64,000 bases of DNA from Patescibacteria group bacterium (GCA_018970465.1 JAGWWI010000001.1:3430-67429), one strand, 5' to 3'. Positions 26,869 through 36,223 are shown, counted from the stretch's first letter. Program-made: numbers and translations. Notes: a model not told the origin generated them from the sequence alone.

Positions 26869-27327
26869 ATGGGAAAGGAGTTTGACCGATGGAATGCGGA
26901 GAAAAAGAAAGCGGATCGCGAAGCGCCGCGACTATACACTGTTCGCGAGATGTGGTGGTGTCGGCTGGGCGTCAATGTGGGTACGGAACAGGACGGCAGC
27001 GGGGAGAAGTTTCTCCGGCCGGTTGTCATCCTGCGCGGATTCGCTGCCGACGCTTGTCTGGTCGTCCCGCTCACCACTTCGCAGCGCGGGCATCGCTTGC
27101 GCGTTTCCGTAGGCATTGTCGACGGGAAGCGGACGCTGGCCAACCTTTCGCAGATTCGCGTCGTCGATACTCGACGACTGGTAGAAAAGATAGGCTTCCT
27201 CGATAATGGATATTTTCGAATTGCGAAAAGCCGCTCACAGTCTCGTGTGAGCGGCCCTGCGAACATTCTCCCCTTTGCAGGGGTGAGGCCGAAGCCAACT
27301 ATGGCTCCCATCATAGGAGCGCCATAG
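26869..27327 (+). CDS. PemK/MazF family toxin, no adjacent antitoxin gene; possible frameshift near the C-terminus
   Basis: REMWWCRLGVNVGTEQDG.G..FLRPVVILR...VPLTTS...NLSQIRVVDTRRL. Confidence 0.85.
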   Translation: MGKEFDRWNAEKKKADREAPRLYTVREMWWCRLGVNVGTEQDGSGEKFLRPVVILRGFAADACLVVPLTTSQRGHRLRVSVGIVDGKRTLANLSQIRVVDTRRLVEKIGFLDNGYFRIAKSRSQSRVSGPANILPFAGVRPKPTMAPIIGAP

Positions 27328-27337
27328 TAAAAGTCAA
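27310..27337 (-). promoter_or_regulatory. convergent promoter TTGACT-N16-TATGAT behind PemK 2
   Basis: -35 at 27332-27337, -10 at 27310-27315; hairpins 27270-27283 and 27230-27255, the latter followed by UUUU. Confidence 0.65.
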
Positions 27338-27398
27338 GTGAATATCACCATCCCGGTCCCCGCTACCCGGCGGGCCGGTAGCGTATCATGGAGGGCAT

Positions 27399-27932
27399 AT
27401 GAAGAACTTCCTCTGGTCGCTCGCCATTATCCTTGTCGTCGCCCTCGGCATCTGGGCCGCGCTCCGCTACGGGCGCGGCGGGGCGGTCGACCTCTGGGGC
27501 GCAGGCTCCTCTGCGAGCTCGACGCCCGCGGGCGACGCGGGCACCTACACCGAAGACTCGCTCGGCTTCTCCTTCGCCGTCCCGCCCGGCATGCACACGC
27601 AAAAATTGCTCGACGACAACGGCGAGACGATCCTCGTACAGCCCGCAGGGAGCGACGACGGATTCCAGGTCTACATCACCGCCTATGGCGACGATGCGAG
27701 TTCGATCACCAAAGCGAACATCGAGAAGCAGGCAGGTATGACGGTCGCGAATGATTCGCCGATCACTGTTGCGAATGTCGCACGAGGCCTCGAGTTCACC
27801 TCCACGGGCGACAATCCGCCCACTCTCCAGGCCTGGTTCGTCTACAACGGCAACCTCTACCAGGCGCAGACGTGGGCGAGCGATCCCGCGCTCATGCAGC
27901 AGATCTTGGGCTCGTGGAAGTTCACGCAGTGA
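27399..27932 (+). CDS. membrane-anchored PsbP-like hypothetical protein
   Basis: N-terminal TM; Y....LGFSF.VP; WFVYNGNLYQ...IL.SWKF. Confidence 0.65.
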   Translation: MKNFLWSLAIILVVALGIWAALRYGRGGAVDLWGAGSSASSTPAGDAGTYTEDSLGFSFAVPPGMHTQKLLDDNGETILVQPAGSDDGFQVYITAYGDDASSITKANIEKQAGMTVANDSPITVANVARGLEFTSTGDNPPTLQAWFVYNGNLYQAQTWASDPALMQQILGSWKFTQ

Positions 27933-27948
27933 CGCGCGCGGCCTGGCG

Positions 27949-28434
27949 CTAGAACTTTGCGAGGCGGCGGGCGTGGCGCGGGAGGCCCGAGAAGGGGGTC
28001 GCGACGAAGATGCGGACGGCCTCGAGCGCTTCTGCATCGGTGAGGAAGCGCGTGCCGAGGGAGAGGATGTTCGCGTCGTTGTGCGCCCGCGCGAGGCGGA
28101 CGAGGTCGTAGCCGTCACCTCCTGCGGTAGTGCCCTCGATCTCGATCGCTCCCGTCGCGCTCCGGGGGCCATAGAAGACGGCGGCGCGCGCGCCTTTGAC
28201 GCGGTTCGCCGCCATCGCCTCGCCCTCGCCCGAGCCGCCGATCGCGACGCCGAGCGCGCCCGGCTCCGCGGCGACGCGCTCGGCGAGCGGGGTGATGAAG
28301 TCCGGATAATCGTCCGCGGGGTCAAGCGCCGTCGCGCCGAGGTCGAGCGCTTCGCGCCCCTCGGCCGCGAGCGCGTCGAGGAGGGAACGCTTCAAGTCGA
28401 AGCCCGCGTGGTCGCTCGCCAAATAGAGGCGCAT
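27949..28434 (-). CDS. rpiB: ribose-5-phosphate isomerase B
   Basis: LASDHAGFDLK, DDYPD, GGSG.GEAMAANRV.G.RAA, AR.HNDANILSLG. Confidence 0.93.
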   Translation of the reverse strand: MRLYLASDHAGFDLKRSLLDALAAEGREALDLGATALDPADDYPDFITPLAERVAAEPGALGVAIGGSGEGEAMAANRVKGARAAVFYGPRSATGAIEIEGTTAGGDGYDLVRLARAHNDANILSLGTRFLTDAEALEAVRIFVATPFSGLPRHARRLAKF

Positions 28435-28435
28435 G

Positions 28436-28675
28436 CTAACGCGGGTGGGCTGCCGTCGAGCTCGCCTCGGCCGACCCGGGCGCCTTCGGGGTCGGCGCGG
28501 GCGACGCGGCGGCAGCGCCGATAACCCCGGCAGGGAAGAAGAGCTTCACGACCGGCCCGGTCGCGAGGATAAGCAGGAGAATGAGGATGATAAGCACGGC
28601 GCCGAAGGTTGCGCGCAGGCTCCGCAGCTCGCGCTCGACCGCGTTCAATTTCTTCAAGACAGGATCCGAATCCAT
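28436..28675 (-). CDS. small membrane protein
   Basis: 79 aa, single TM. Confidence 0.5.
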   Translation of the reverse strand: MDSDPVLKKLNAVERELRSLRATFGAVLIILILLLILATGPVVKLFFPAGVIGAAAASPAPTPKAPGSAEASSTAAHPR

Positions 28676-28724
28676 TGCTGCCAGTATACCAAGGCCGATA
28701 CGGGTGCGCGGCCGTTTCTCACAG

Positions 28725-29006
28725 CTACGAAGCAGGCGGCGCCCAGCCGGGCGGCGCGCCGGGCGGCGGCGTCACGTGCCCGGTAGGGAGCTTCGCGCTC
28801 CCCGCGAGGGCCGGGATGAGGAGGTAGAGCGCGATCGCACCCGCGACAAGCGCGACGCCGAGGAGCACGTAGCTCGCCTGGCGCTCGTCGGCAATCGCGC
28901 CGCCCGAGAGTTCTACGAGGAGCGCGGCGAAGGAGCGGCGCTCCTCAGCGGCGGCCGCCGCGGGAAGCGTGTCCTGCGAATCGAAGCTGATCTGCTCTTG
29001 ATCCAT
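28725..29006 (-). CDS. small pilin-associated membrane protein (paralog 1)
   Basis: ...GGAIADERQASYVLLGVA-TM-Pro-rich tail. Confidence 0.65.
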   Translation of the reverse strand: MDQEQISFDSQDTLPAAAAAEERRSFAALLVELSGGAIADERQASYVLLGVALVAGAIALYLLIPALAGSAKLPTGHVTPPPGAPPGWAPPAS

Positions 29007-29017
29007 ATTCGGAAAGA

Positions 29018-29509
29018 TTAATTGCTGAGCCAATACCAATTCGGGCCGCCGTTCCCGCACCCTGCTGAAGAGGGGTTCCCCTGCGCCGCGGGCGGATTAT
29101 TCTCGAGGTTGACCGCGAGCACGTAGTGCTGGCCGCCCGAGAGCTGGCAGTACTCGTAAATATGGCAATTCGGCGTCGAGCCGCAGTTGCCGAGGTCGAT
29201 GTTCTGCGGATCGACCGGCACCTGCGAGATGTAGGTCGAGGCGAGGCCGCCCGTCCAGCACGCGCCCCAGCTGCTCCAGGAGCCCGCCTGGCCGCAGAAC
29301 TGCGGATATGTGTTGTGGTCGCTGTAGTAGAGCTCGAGCGCGGTCTGGATCGATTGCAGGTCGCTCTCGCGCCGGGCGTCGCGGCTCTTCGAGCGCGCGG
29401 TGTTCAAGGAGGCGAGCACGATCGAAGACAGGAGCCCGATGATCGCGATCACGACCAAGAGCTCGATGAGCGTGAAGCCTCGATTATGCTGCGGCAGCCG
29501 CAAGGACAT
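29018..29509 (-). CDS. type IV pilin / GspG-like pseudopilin
   Basis: RGFTLIELLVVIAIIGLLSSIVLASLN.AR.K.RDA.R..D...IQTALELYY. Confidence 0.92.
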   Translation of the reverse strand: MSLRLPQHNRGFTLIELLVVIAIIGLLSSIVLASLNTARSKSRDARRESDLQSIQTALELYYSDHNTYPQFCGQAGSWSSWGACWTGGLASTYISQVPVDPQNIDLGNCGSTPNCHIYEYCQLSGGQHYVLAVNLENNPPAAQGNPSSAGCGNGGPNWYWLSN

Positions 29510-30497
29510 GGCGCACGAGGGATTCGGTGTAGCCCATCTCGTTGTCGTACCAGGCGAGGACCTTGACGAGGTTGCCGCCGACGACGCGCGTCATCCCGAG
29601 GTCGGCGATCGAGGCGGTCGCTTCGCCGACGATGTCGGAGGAGACGAGCTCTTCGTCGGAGGCGGCGAAGATGCCCTCCCAGCGCGCCTCCCTGGCCGCG
29701 TCGCGGAGAAAGCCGTTCACCTCCTCGGCAGAGGTGTCGCGCTTCGCGATGAAGGTGATGTCCGCGATCGACCCCGCCGGGACGGGGACGCGGAGCGATA
29801 TGCCGTCGAATTTATCCACGAGCTCGGGATACGCCTTGGTGACCGCGATCGCCGCGCCGGTCGAGGTCGGGACGATGTTCGCGGCGCCCGCGCGGCCCTC
29901 CTTCATATCCTTCTTCGATGGGCCGTCGACGATCGACTGCGAGGCGGTGTAGGCGTGGGTCGTCGAGAGGATGGCCTTCTCGATGCCGAGCTTCTCGTTC
30001 AAGATCGCGATCACGGGAGAGGCGGCGTTCGTGGTGCAGGAGGCGTTCGAGGTGACCGGGCAGGCGGCGAAGCGGTCTTCGTTCACGCCCATGAGGACGG
30101 TCGCGCCGGCGACGCCCTCGTCGCCCTTAGCAGGCGCGCTGATGACGACGCGCCGCGCGCCCGCCGTCACGTGTGCGCCTGCAGCCGCGAACTCGGTGAA
30201 GAAGCCGGTCGATTCGACGACGACGTCGACCGCGAGCTCCTTCCAGGGAAGCGCAGCCGGATCCTTCTCGCTACAGAAGCGCACGACCTGATCGCCCATC
30301 CGCAGATTGCCGCCCTCGATCGCGACCGGGAAGGGCGGGCGCTTGTAGACGGTGTCGTGCGCGAGGAGGTACGCGAGGTTCTCGAGGGAGCCGAGGTCGT
30401 TGACTGCCACGATCTCGACCCCGCGCCCCCACGACCGGCGCGCGAACGCTCTGCCAATCCGCCCGAACCCGTTTATCGCTACGCGTATGTCAGCCAT
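29484..30497 (-). CDS. gap: glyceraldehyde-3-phosphate dehydrogenase, type I
   Basis: VAINGFGRIGR, SNASCTTN, WYDNEMGY. Confidence 0.96.
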   Translation of the reverse strand: MADIRVAINGFGRIGRAFARRSWGRGVEIVAVNDLGSLENLAYLLAHDTVYKRPPFPVAIEGGNLRMGDQVVRFCSEKDPAALPWKELAVDVVVESTGFFTEFAAAGAHVTAGARRVVISAPAKGDEGVAGATVLMGVNEDRFAACPVTSNASCTTNAASPVIAILNEKLGIEKAILSTTHAYTASQSIVDGPSKKDMKEGRAGAANIVPTSTGAAIAVTKAYPELVDKFDGISLRVPVPAGSIADITFIAKRDTSAEEVNGFLRDAAREARWEGIFAASDEELVSSDIVGEATASIADLGMTRVVGGNLVKVLAWYDNEMGYTESLVRHVLAAAAA

Positions 30498-30591
30498 ATG
30501 CGCCCATGGTAGCACTGCCGCGAGGCGGTAATCCACACCCGCGAGGGGTGCCTCGGCGGGCGGCCCGGCCCCGATGCTATGCTTACCCTCG

Positions 30592-30873
30592 ATGGATGAA
30601 GGGCGGCAGCTCACGATAGATGAACAAGGGGATGCCTACGCTCGGCCAATGCCGGATACCGCGCCCCGGGGCATCACGGGCCTCGTAATCCGGTGGGGCC
30701 TCGCCAAAGACGCGCGGAGCGCCGGGTACGTACTCCTCGGGACAGCGGTCGGGGTGGCCGTGCTCGCGTTCGTCATGCCGATGGTGATCGGCGGAGGCGG
30801 GCGGAGCGCGGGCGTCCCGCAGTCGGTCATCGATGCGAAGACGCCGTCGACGGGTACCGCGCCCTCCCTCTAG
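30592..30873 (+). CDS. small pilin-associated membrane protein (paralog 2)
   Basis: GITGLVIRWGLAKDARSAGYVLLG-TM. Confidence 0.7.
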   Translation: MDEGRQLTIDEQGDAYARPMPDTAPRGITGLVIRWGLAKDARSAGYVLLGTAVGVAVLAFVMPMVIGGGGRSAGVPQSVIDAKTPSTGTAPSL

Positions 30874-30875
30874 CC

Positions 30876-31385
30876 ATGCATCGCTCGCGCGGCTTCACCC
30901 TCATCGAGCTCCTGGTGGTCATCGCCATCATCGGGCTCTTGTCGAGCATCGTGCTCGCCTCGTTGAACACGGCACGGCAGAAAGGTTTCGACGCCCAACG
31001 AGTATCGAACATGCGCGCGATACAAACGGCGCTCGAGCTTTACTACAACGATCACGGTCAGTATCCGCCTGGCAACGGTTCTAATTACGGCTGGGCGAGT
31101 CAATGCCCCGCGTGGGGAGGCGTGACGGCGAGCAACGTCATCCCCGGGCTCACGCCGAGTTATATGGCCTCCTTCCCCACCGACCCGCAGATGAATACGA
31201 GTGCCAGTACCTGCTGCTACCTCTATATCGCCGGCAACGGGGACCAGGATTATAAGCTTCTCCTCCACAACTGCCCAACCTCCTACGCTTGCTATGGCAC
31301 TGGGGAGGCGACGAGCGGTTTCTATGATCCTGTTCGGCCTACCTGGGCCTGCCAAATATCGACTCCTGGCGCGCAGGGTTGGTAA
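30876..31385 (+). CDS. type IV pilin / GspG-like pseudopilin
   Basis: MHRSRGFTLIELLVVIAIIG...; Cys-rich variable C-terminus. Confidence 0.92.
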   Translation: MHRSRGFTLIELLVVIAIIGLLSSIVLASLNTARQKGFDAQRVSNMRAIQTALELYYNDHGQYPPGNGSNYGWASQCPAWGGVTASNVIPGLTPSYMASFPTDPQMNTSASTCCYLYIAGNGDQDYKLLLHNCPTSYACYGTGEATSGFYDPVRPTWACQISTPGAQGW

Positions 31386-31407
31386 GGTGCGACGCTATAC
31401 TGCGTCC

Positions 31408-33033
31408 ATGAGCGCAATCATTCCCGCTATACTGCCGCGGACGCGCGAGGAGCTTGCGGCGGCGCTTCGGAAGCTTGCGCCGATTGCGGGCGTCACGGTC
31501 GTGCAGATCGACGCGGTCGACGGGCGCTTCGTCGCATCGGCCTCCTGGCCGTATGCGGAGCCCGCGCGTCTCGGAGCAGCGGATCTGGCACGCGAGCTGC
31601 AGGACGTGCTCGCGCCCTATGCAGGGCGCTTTGTAATCGACGCGGACCTCATGGTCGCCGACCAGATCGAGGCGGCGGAGGCGTGGCTTGCCGCGGGCGC
31701 CTCGCGGGTGACGCTCCACATCGAGGCGCTCGGCGAGCCGCTCCGCGCGCTCGCCGCTCTCGAGCACCGGCTTGGCCGCCGGCAGGGCGGGAAGCCCTAC
31801 GAGCTCGGGCTCGCCGCCGGGCTCGGCACCGACCTCGCGCGCCTCGCGTCGCTCATCCCGCACGCGCGGCCCGACTACGTGCAGTTGATGGGCATCCGGA
31901 CCATCGGCCGGCAGCACGAGCCCTTTGACGCGCGCGTCCTCGCGCGCGTCAGGGCGCTCCGCGCGCGCTATCCGCGGCTCGTGATCCAGGTTGACGGCGG
32001 CGTCTCGGCGGAGACGACGCGCGCCTTGATCGACGCGGGCGCCGACCGGCTCGTCGCCGGGCACGCGATCCTCGGCGCCGCCGACTCGGCGGCCGCGTTC
32101 GCCTCGCTCGCTACGATCGCGGCGGGCGACGCGCGGTATGATGAAGCCATGCCGTTGACCGATGGAGATGTGCGAGCGATCGCCGAGAAGGCGAACGAGA
32201 TCCGCGAGACGATCGTCGAGATGCTCGTCGCCGCGGGCTCGGGGCACACTGCGGGCCCGCTTGGCTTGGCGGACATCTTCGCCGCCTTCTACTTCCACAT
32301 CCTCCGCCACGACCCGAAGAACCCGGAGTGGGAGGGGCGCGACCGCCTCATCCTCTCGAACGGCCACACTTGCCCCGTCCGCTACGCGGCGATGGCGCAC
32401 GCGGGGTACTTCCCGGCCGAGGAGTGTCTTACGCTGCGGAAGTTCGGCTCGCGCCTCCAGGGCCACCCCGAGCGCGTGCGGCTCCCCGGGCTCGAGACGA
32501 CCTCCGGCCCCTTAGGCGAAGGGCTCGCGCAGGCCGCGGGTATGGCCCTCGCCTTGCGGATGCAGGGGGAGAGAAACAGAGTGTATTGCGTCGTCTCCGA
32601 CGGCGAGCAGGACGAGGGGAATACCTGGGAGGCAGCCCTCTTCGCCGGGAAATATAAGCTCGGGAACCTCACCGCGATCATGGATCGCAATAACATACAA
32701 ATAGATGGGGTGACGGAAGACGTCATGCCGCTAGAGCCCATCAAGGATAAGTACGAGGCCTTCGGCTGGCACGTCCTCGAATGCTCGGGGCACGACATCC
32801 GCGCGTTCGTCGCGGCGGTCGAGGAGGCGAAGGCGATCTACGAGAAGCCGACGATGATCATCGCTCACACGATCCCCGGCCGCGGCGTCCCCGAGATCGA
32901 GTTCGACTACCGCTGGCATGGCGTCCCGCCTGGCGCAGGTCCCGAGGACGTCTGGAAGAAGGGCGAGCAGGGCGCCGCGATGCTGCGCGAACTCCGCACG
33001 CTCGGAGGCCGTCTCCCGCACGAATATGCTTAG
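31408..33033 (+). CDS. rpe-tkt: ribulose-phosphate 3-epimerase fused in frame to transketolase N-terminal subunit (internal ATG 32149)
   Basis: IIPAIL, QID.VDG.FV, QLMG, IQVDGGV; then GSGH.AG, RDRLILSNGH, LQGHP, SDGEQDEGNTWEA. Confidence 0.88.
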   Translation: MSAIIPAILPRTREELAAALRKLAPIAGVTVVQIDAVDGRFVASASWPYAEPARLGAADLARELQDVLAPYAGRFVIDADLMVADQIEAAEAWLAAGASRVTLHIEALGEPLRALAALEHRLGRRQGGKPYELGLAAGLGTDLARLASLIPHARPDYVQLMGIRTIGRQHEPFDARVLARVRALRARYPRLVIQVDGGVSAETTRALIDAGADRLVAGHAILGAADSAAAFASLATIAAGDARYDEAMPLTDGDVRAIAEKANEIRETIVEMLVAAGSGHTAGPLGLADIFAAFYFHILRHDPKNPEWEGRDRLILSNGHTCPVRYAAMAHAGYFPAEECLTLRKFGSRLQGHPERVRLPGLETTSGPLGEGLAQAAGMALALRMQGERNRVYCVVSDGEQDEGNTWEAALFAGKYKLGNLTAIMDRNNIQIDGVTEDVMPLEPIKDKYEAFGWHVLECSGHDIRAFVAAVEEAKAIYEKPTMIIAHTIPGRGVPEIEFDYRWHGVPPGAGPEDVWKKGEQGAAMLRELRTLGGRLPHEYA

Positions 33034-34036
33034 CCCCGCTGCGAAGCTCTCGGCGAAGGTCTGCGCCGACGATATCGAAGAGAAGCCGACGCGCGACGGC
33101 TTCGGCGCGGGCGTCGTCTTCGCGGGGAAGAAGGACGAGCGCATCGTCGTCCTCACCGCCGACCTCGCGGAATCGACGCGGGCGGAGTGGTTCGAGAAGG
33201 AATTTCCCGAGCGCTTTGTAGAAATGGGCGTCGCCGAGCAGGCGATGGCCACCGTCGCGAGCGGCATGGCTGCCGTCGGGAAGATCCCGTTCATTACGAG
33301 CTACGCGGCCTTCAACCCGGGCCGCAACTACGAGCAGATCCGCACGACGATCGCCTTGAACGAGGCGAATGTGAAAGTCTGCGGCATGCACGCAGGCGTC
33401 TCGGTCGGCCCTGACGGCGCGACGCATCAGATGCTCGAGGATATCGGGATGATGCGCATGCTCCCCAACATGATCGTCCTCAATCCGGGCGACGCGATCG
33501 AAGCACAGAAGGCCGTCATCGCCGCGGCTAAGCACGCGGGGCCCGTCTATCTGCGCTTCGGCCGCGCGGCGACACCGGTCTTCACTACCGAGGCGACGCC
33601 GTTTACGCTTGGCAAAGCGCTTACGCTCTTCGATCCGGAGGCAGAGAGCAGCGCGCCCGGCACGAAGCCCCGCGTCGCGATCCTCTCGACCGGCGCCTTG
33701 TCCTACGAAGCGCTCCGGGCGGCGAAGGCGCTCGCTGCGGAGGGTATCGCCGCTTCGGTGACCCACTTCGCCACGGTGAAGCCGCTCGATATCGAAGCGC
33801 TCGAGCGCACGGCCCGCCGCGCGGGCGCAGTCGTTACCGTCGAGGAGCACCAGGCCGCGGGCGGATTCGGCTCGGCGGTCGCGGAGCTTCTTGGCGAGCG
33901 CATGCTGCTGCCGATCGCGCGCATCGGGGTGCGCGACCGCTTCGGCGAGTCGGGCGAGCCCGCGGAACTTCTCGCGGCGTTCGGGCTCGACGCCGCTGCG
34001 ATCGCGGCAGCGGCGAAGCGCCTCGTGCTAGGATAG
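33026..34036 (+). CDS. tkt: transketolase C-terminal subunit
   Basis: LTADLAEST, EMGVAEQ, GPDGATHQ, VTVEEH. Confidence 0.93.
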   Translation: MLSPAAKLSAKVCADDIEEKPTRDGFGAGVVFAGKKDERIVVLTADLAESTRAEWFEKEFPERFVEMGVAEQAMATVASGMAAVGKIPFITSYAAFNPGRNYEQIRTTIALNEANVKVCGMHAGVSVGPDGATHQMLEDIGMMRMLPNMIVLNPGDAIEAQKAVIAAAKHAGPVYLRFGRAATPVFTTEATPFTLGKALTLFDPEAESSAPGTKPRVAILSTGALSYEALRAAKALAAEGIAASVTHFATVKPLDIEALERTARRAGAVVTVEEHQAAGGFGSAVAELLGERMLLPIARIGVRDRFGESGEPAELLAAFGLDAAAIAAAAKRLVLG

Positions 34037-34040
34037 CCGC

Positions 34041-34214
34041 ATGCGTTTAGCGACCTTCAAGCTGAACTCCTACTTCGCCGTGCTCATCATCACGCTCGTC
34101 GGCTCGGGCGCGGCGTTCGTCATCGTGCATGTCGGCACGACCGACGTAAGCAAGGCCGCGCTCGGCAACGAGGCGCAGTTCGCGAAGCTGCAGCAGTCGA
34201 TCCTAAGCAAGTAG
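34041..34214 (+). CDS. 57-aa membrane protein (below the ORF-track cutoff)
   Basis: MRLATFKLNSYFAVLIITLVGSGAAFVIVHV...SILSK*; fills the intergenic gap exactly. Confidence 0.6.
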   Translation: MRLATFKLNSYFAVLIITLVGSGAAFVIVHVGTTDVSKAALGNEAQFAKLQQSILSK

Positions 34215-35198
34215 TTAGAGCGGCCGCGCGGCGTAGCTCGCAGGAGCCTCGGCGAGGAGCTTCTCGAGGGCGTCGCGCGCGAGGAGGCCTTTCTGCGCGC
34301 CGATCTCCTGCACGACCGCCATCGAGTTCACCGGCCCCCAGAGGAGGGCCTCGGCGAGGGGCTTCCCGAGCGCCAAGGCCGCGACGATGGTCGAGGTGCA
34401 GGCGTCGCCCGCGCCTGTGCGCTCATACGGGGGCTTGGGGTCCGGATACATCGGGACGAACCACGCGCCCGTGCTGTCGGCGGCATAGGCGCCCTTCGGG
34501 CCGTCGGTGACGATCGCGATCTCGGGGCCTAACGCGCGAAGCTTCTCGAGGAGCGTCGCGGGTTCGCTCTCAGCGGGGAGGGCGAGGATGCGCTCGGCCT
34601 CCTCCTTGTTGCAGGCGACGAACGCAGCGGCCCGGTAGAGGGGCGCGAGCTTCTCGACCCCGAGCGCCATCTCGAAGGTGCTCGGCTGGAAAGCGAGCTT
34701 GGTCTCCGGGTGCTTCGCGCACCAGTCGGCGAGCGCGAGGTGGAACTCGAGCGAGCGCCCGGCAGAGGAGAGGTAGATCCATTTGGGCGCGGGAAGGTCC
34801 TCGGGAATCGCGTACGCGAAGTCCTCGTGCCGCACGAGGATAGTGCGCTCCGCCTCGAACCAGAGCACGTAGTCGTGGTTGGTCGCGACGCCCGCATTGA
34901 CGCGCACGAAGCGCGTGTCGACGCGTTCCCGTTCGAAGGTCGCGATGATCTCTTTGCCGTAGTCGTCGCCGCCCACGTTCGAGAGGAAGCCGGTTGCAAG
35001 GCCGAGGCGCGCGGCGGCGACTGCCGCGTTCGCTGCGTTCCCGACGCCCGCGACGCGCACCGAGAACTCGTAGGGGATCTTGTCGCCCCAGTTCATGCTG
35101 ATCGTGCAGTTCTCGTCGTTTAGGTCGCAGTTGACGCGCGCGTCCTTCAAGCGGATGAACTCATCCACCGTCGTGTCGCCTATGGCCAAGAAATCCAT
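34215..35198 (-). CDS. PfkB family carbohydrate kinase
   Basis: GNAANAAVAAARLG, N.EEA, VTDGPKG, RTGAGDA. Confidence 0.92.
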   Translation of the reverse strand: MDFLAIGDTTVDEFIRLKDARVNCDLNDENCTISMNWGDKIPYEFSVRVAGVGNAANAAVAAARLGLATGFLSNVGGDDYGKEIIATFERERVDTRFVRVNAGVATNHDYVLWFEAERTILVRHEDFAYAIPEDLPAPKWIYLSSAGRSLEFHLALADWCAKHPETKLAFQPSTFEMALGVEKLAPLYRAAAFVACNKEEAERILALPAESEPATLLEKLRALGPEIAIVTDGPKGAYAADSTGAWFVPMYPDPKPPYERTGAGDACTSTIVAALALGKPLAEALLWGPVNSMAVVQEIGAQKGLLARDALEKLLAEAPASYAARPL

Positions 35199-35221
35199 AC
35201 GGTCGAGTGTATCATAGGTAT

Positions 35222-36223
35222 ATGACCGACCTCTTCGCCGCCGCGCGCGCACTCGTCGAGCCCAGCAAGGGCCTCCTCGCCGCCGATGAGAGCACGCCCA
35301 CCGCAGCGAAGCGCCTCGCCGCGTACGGCATCGCCTCATCGCCCGAGCTCCGCCGGCAGTTCCGCGATCTCTTCCTCTCGATGGAGGGCGTCGAGCGCTA
35401 CCTCTCGGGCGTCATCCTCTACGAGGAGACATTCGCGCAGAAGGGGAGCGACGGGAAGCTCTTCCCCGACTCGCTCGAGGCGCGCGGGATCGCGCCGGGG
35501 ATCAAGGTCGACGAAGGGACCGAGCCCTTCCCGGGGAGCGCGGAGGAGCTCATCACCAAGGGCCTCGTCGGCCTCCCCGAGCGGCTCGCGGCTTTCAAGA
35601 AGGGCGGCGCGGTCTTCACCAAGTGGCGAGCCGTGATCCGGATCGAGGGCGACGCCCTGCCTACTGCCGCCGCCGTCCTCGAGAACGCGAAGCGCCTCGC
35701 GAGCTACGCCAAGGAGGCGCAGGTCGCGGGCCTCGTGCCCATCGTCGAGCCCGAGGTCCTCTTGGCGGGGAAGCACTCGCGCGCGCGGTCACAAGCGGTC
35801 ATCCAAGAGACGCTCGCGACGCTCTTCTCGGCGCTCGCGGCGCAAGGGGTCGACCTTGGCGGCCTCCTCCTCAAGACCGCGATGGCCCGTTCGGGCGACG
35901 CCTCGGCGCACAAAGACGCGTCCGAGGAGGTCGCGGCGGCGACTCTCGAAGCGCTCGTTGCGAGTGTTCCGCGGGAGGTGGCGGGCATCGTCTTCCTCTC
36001 GGGCGGCGAGAGCCCCGACGAAGCGACCGCTAACCTCGCGGCGATCACGCGCGAGGCGCGCCGCGTCGAGGCGCCCTGGCCCCTGACCTTCTCCTACGCG
36101 CGCGCCCTGCAGGAGGAGGCCTTGGCGCTCTGGAAGGGCAAGGCCGAGAACGTCGAGGCGGCCCGCGCCGCCTTCCGCGCCCGGCTCGAGAAGGTCCAGG
36201 CCGCGCTTGTCTCCTCCCCATAA
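35222..36223 (+). CDS. fba: class I fructose-bisphosphate aldolase
   Basis: KGLLAADES, GIKVD.G, FTKWR, PIVEPEV, FLSGG, LTFSYARALQ. Confidence 0.94.
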   Translation: MTDLFAAARALVEPSKGLLAADESTPTAAKRLAAYGIASSPELRRQFRDLFLSMEGVERYLSGVILYEETFAQKGSDGKLFPDSLEARGIAPGIKVDEGTEPFPGSAEELITKGLVGLPERLAAFKKGGAVFTKWRAVIRIEGDALPTAAAVLENAKRLASYAKEAQVAGLVPIVEPEVLLAGKHSRARSQAVIQETLATLFSALAAQGVDLGGLLLKTAMARSGDASAHKDASEEVAAATLEALVASVPREVAGIVFLSGGESPDEATANLAAITREARRVEAPWPLTFSYARALQEEALALWKGKAENVEAARAAFRARLEKVQAALVSSP

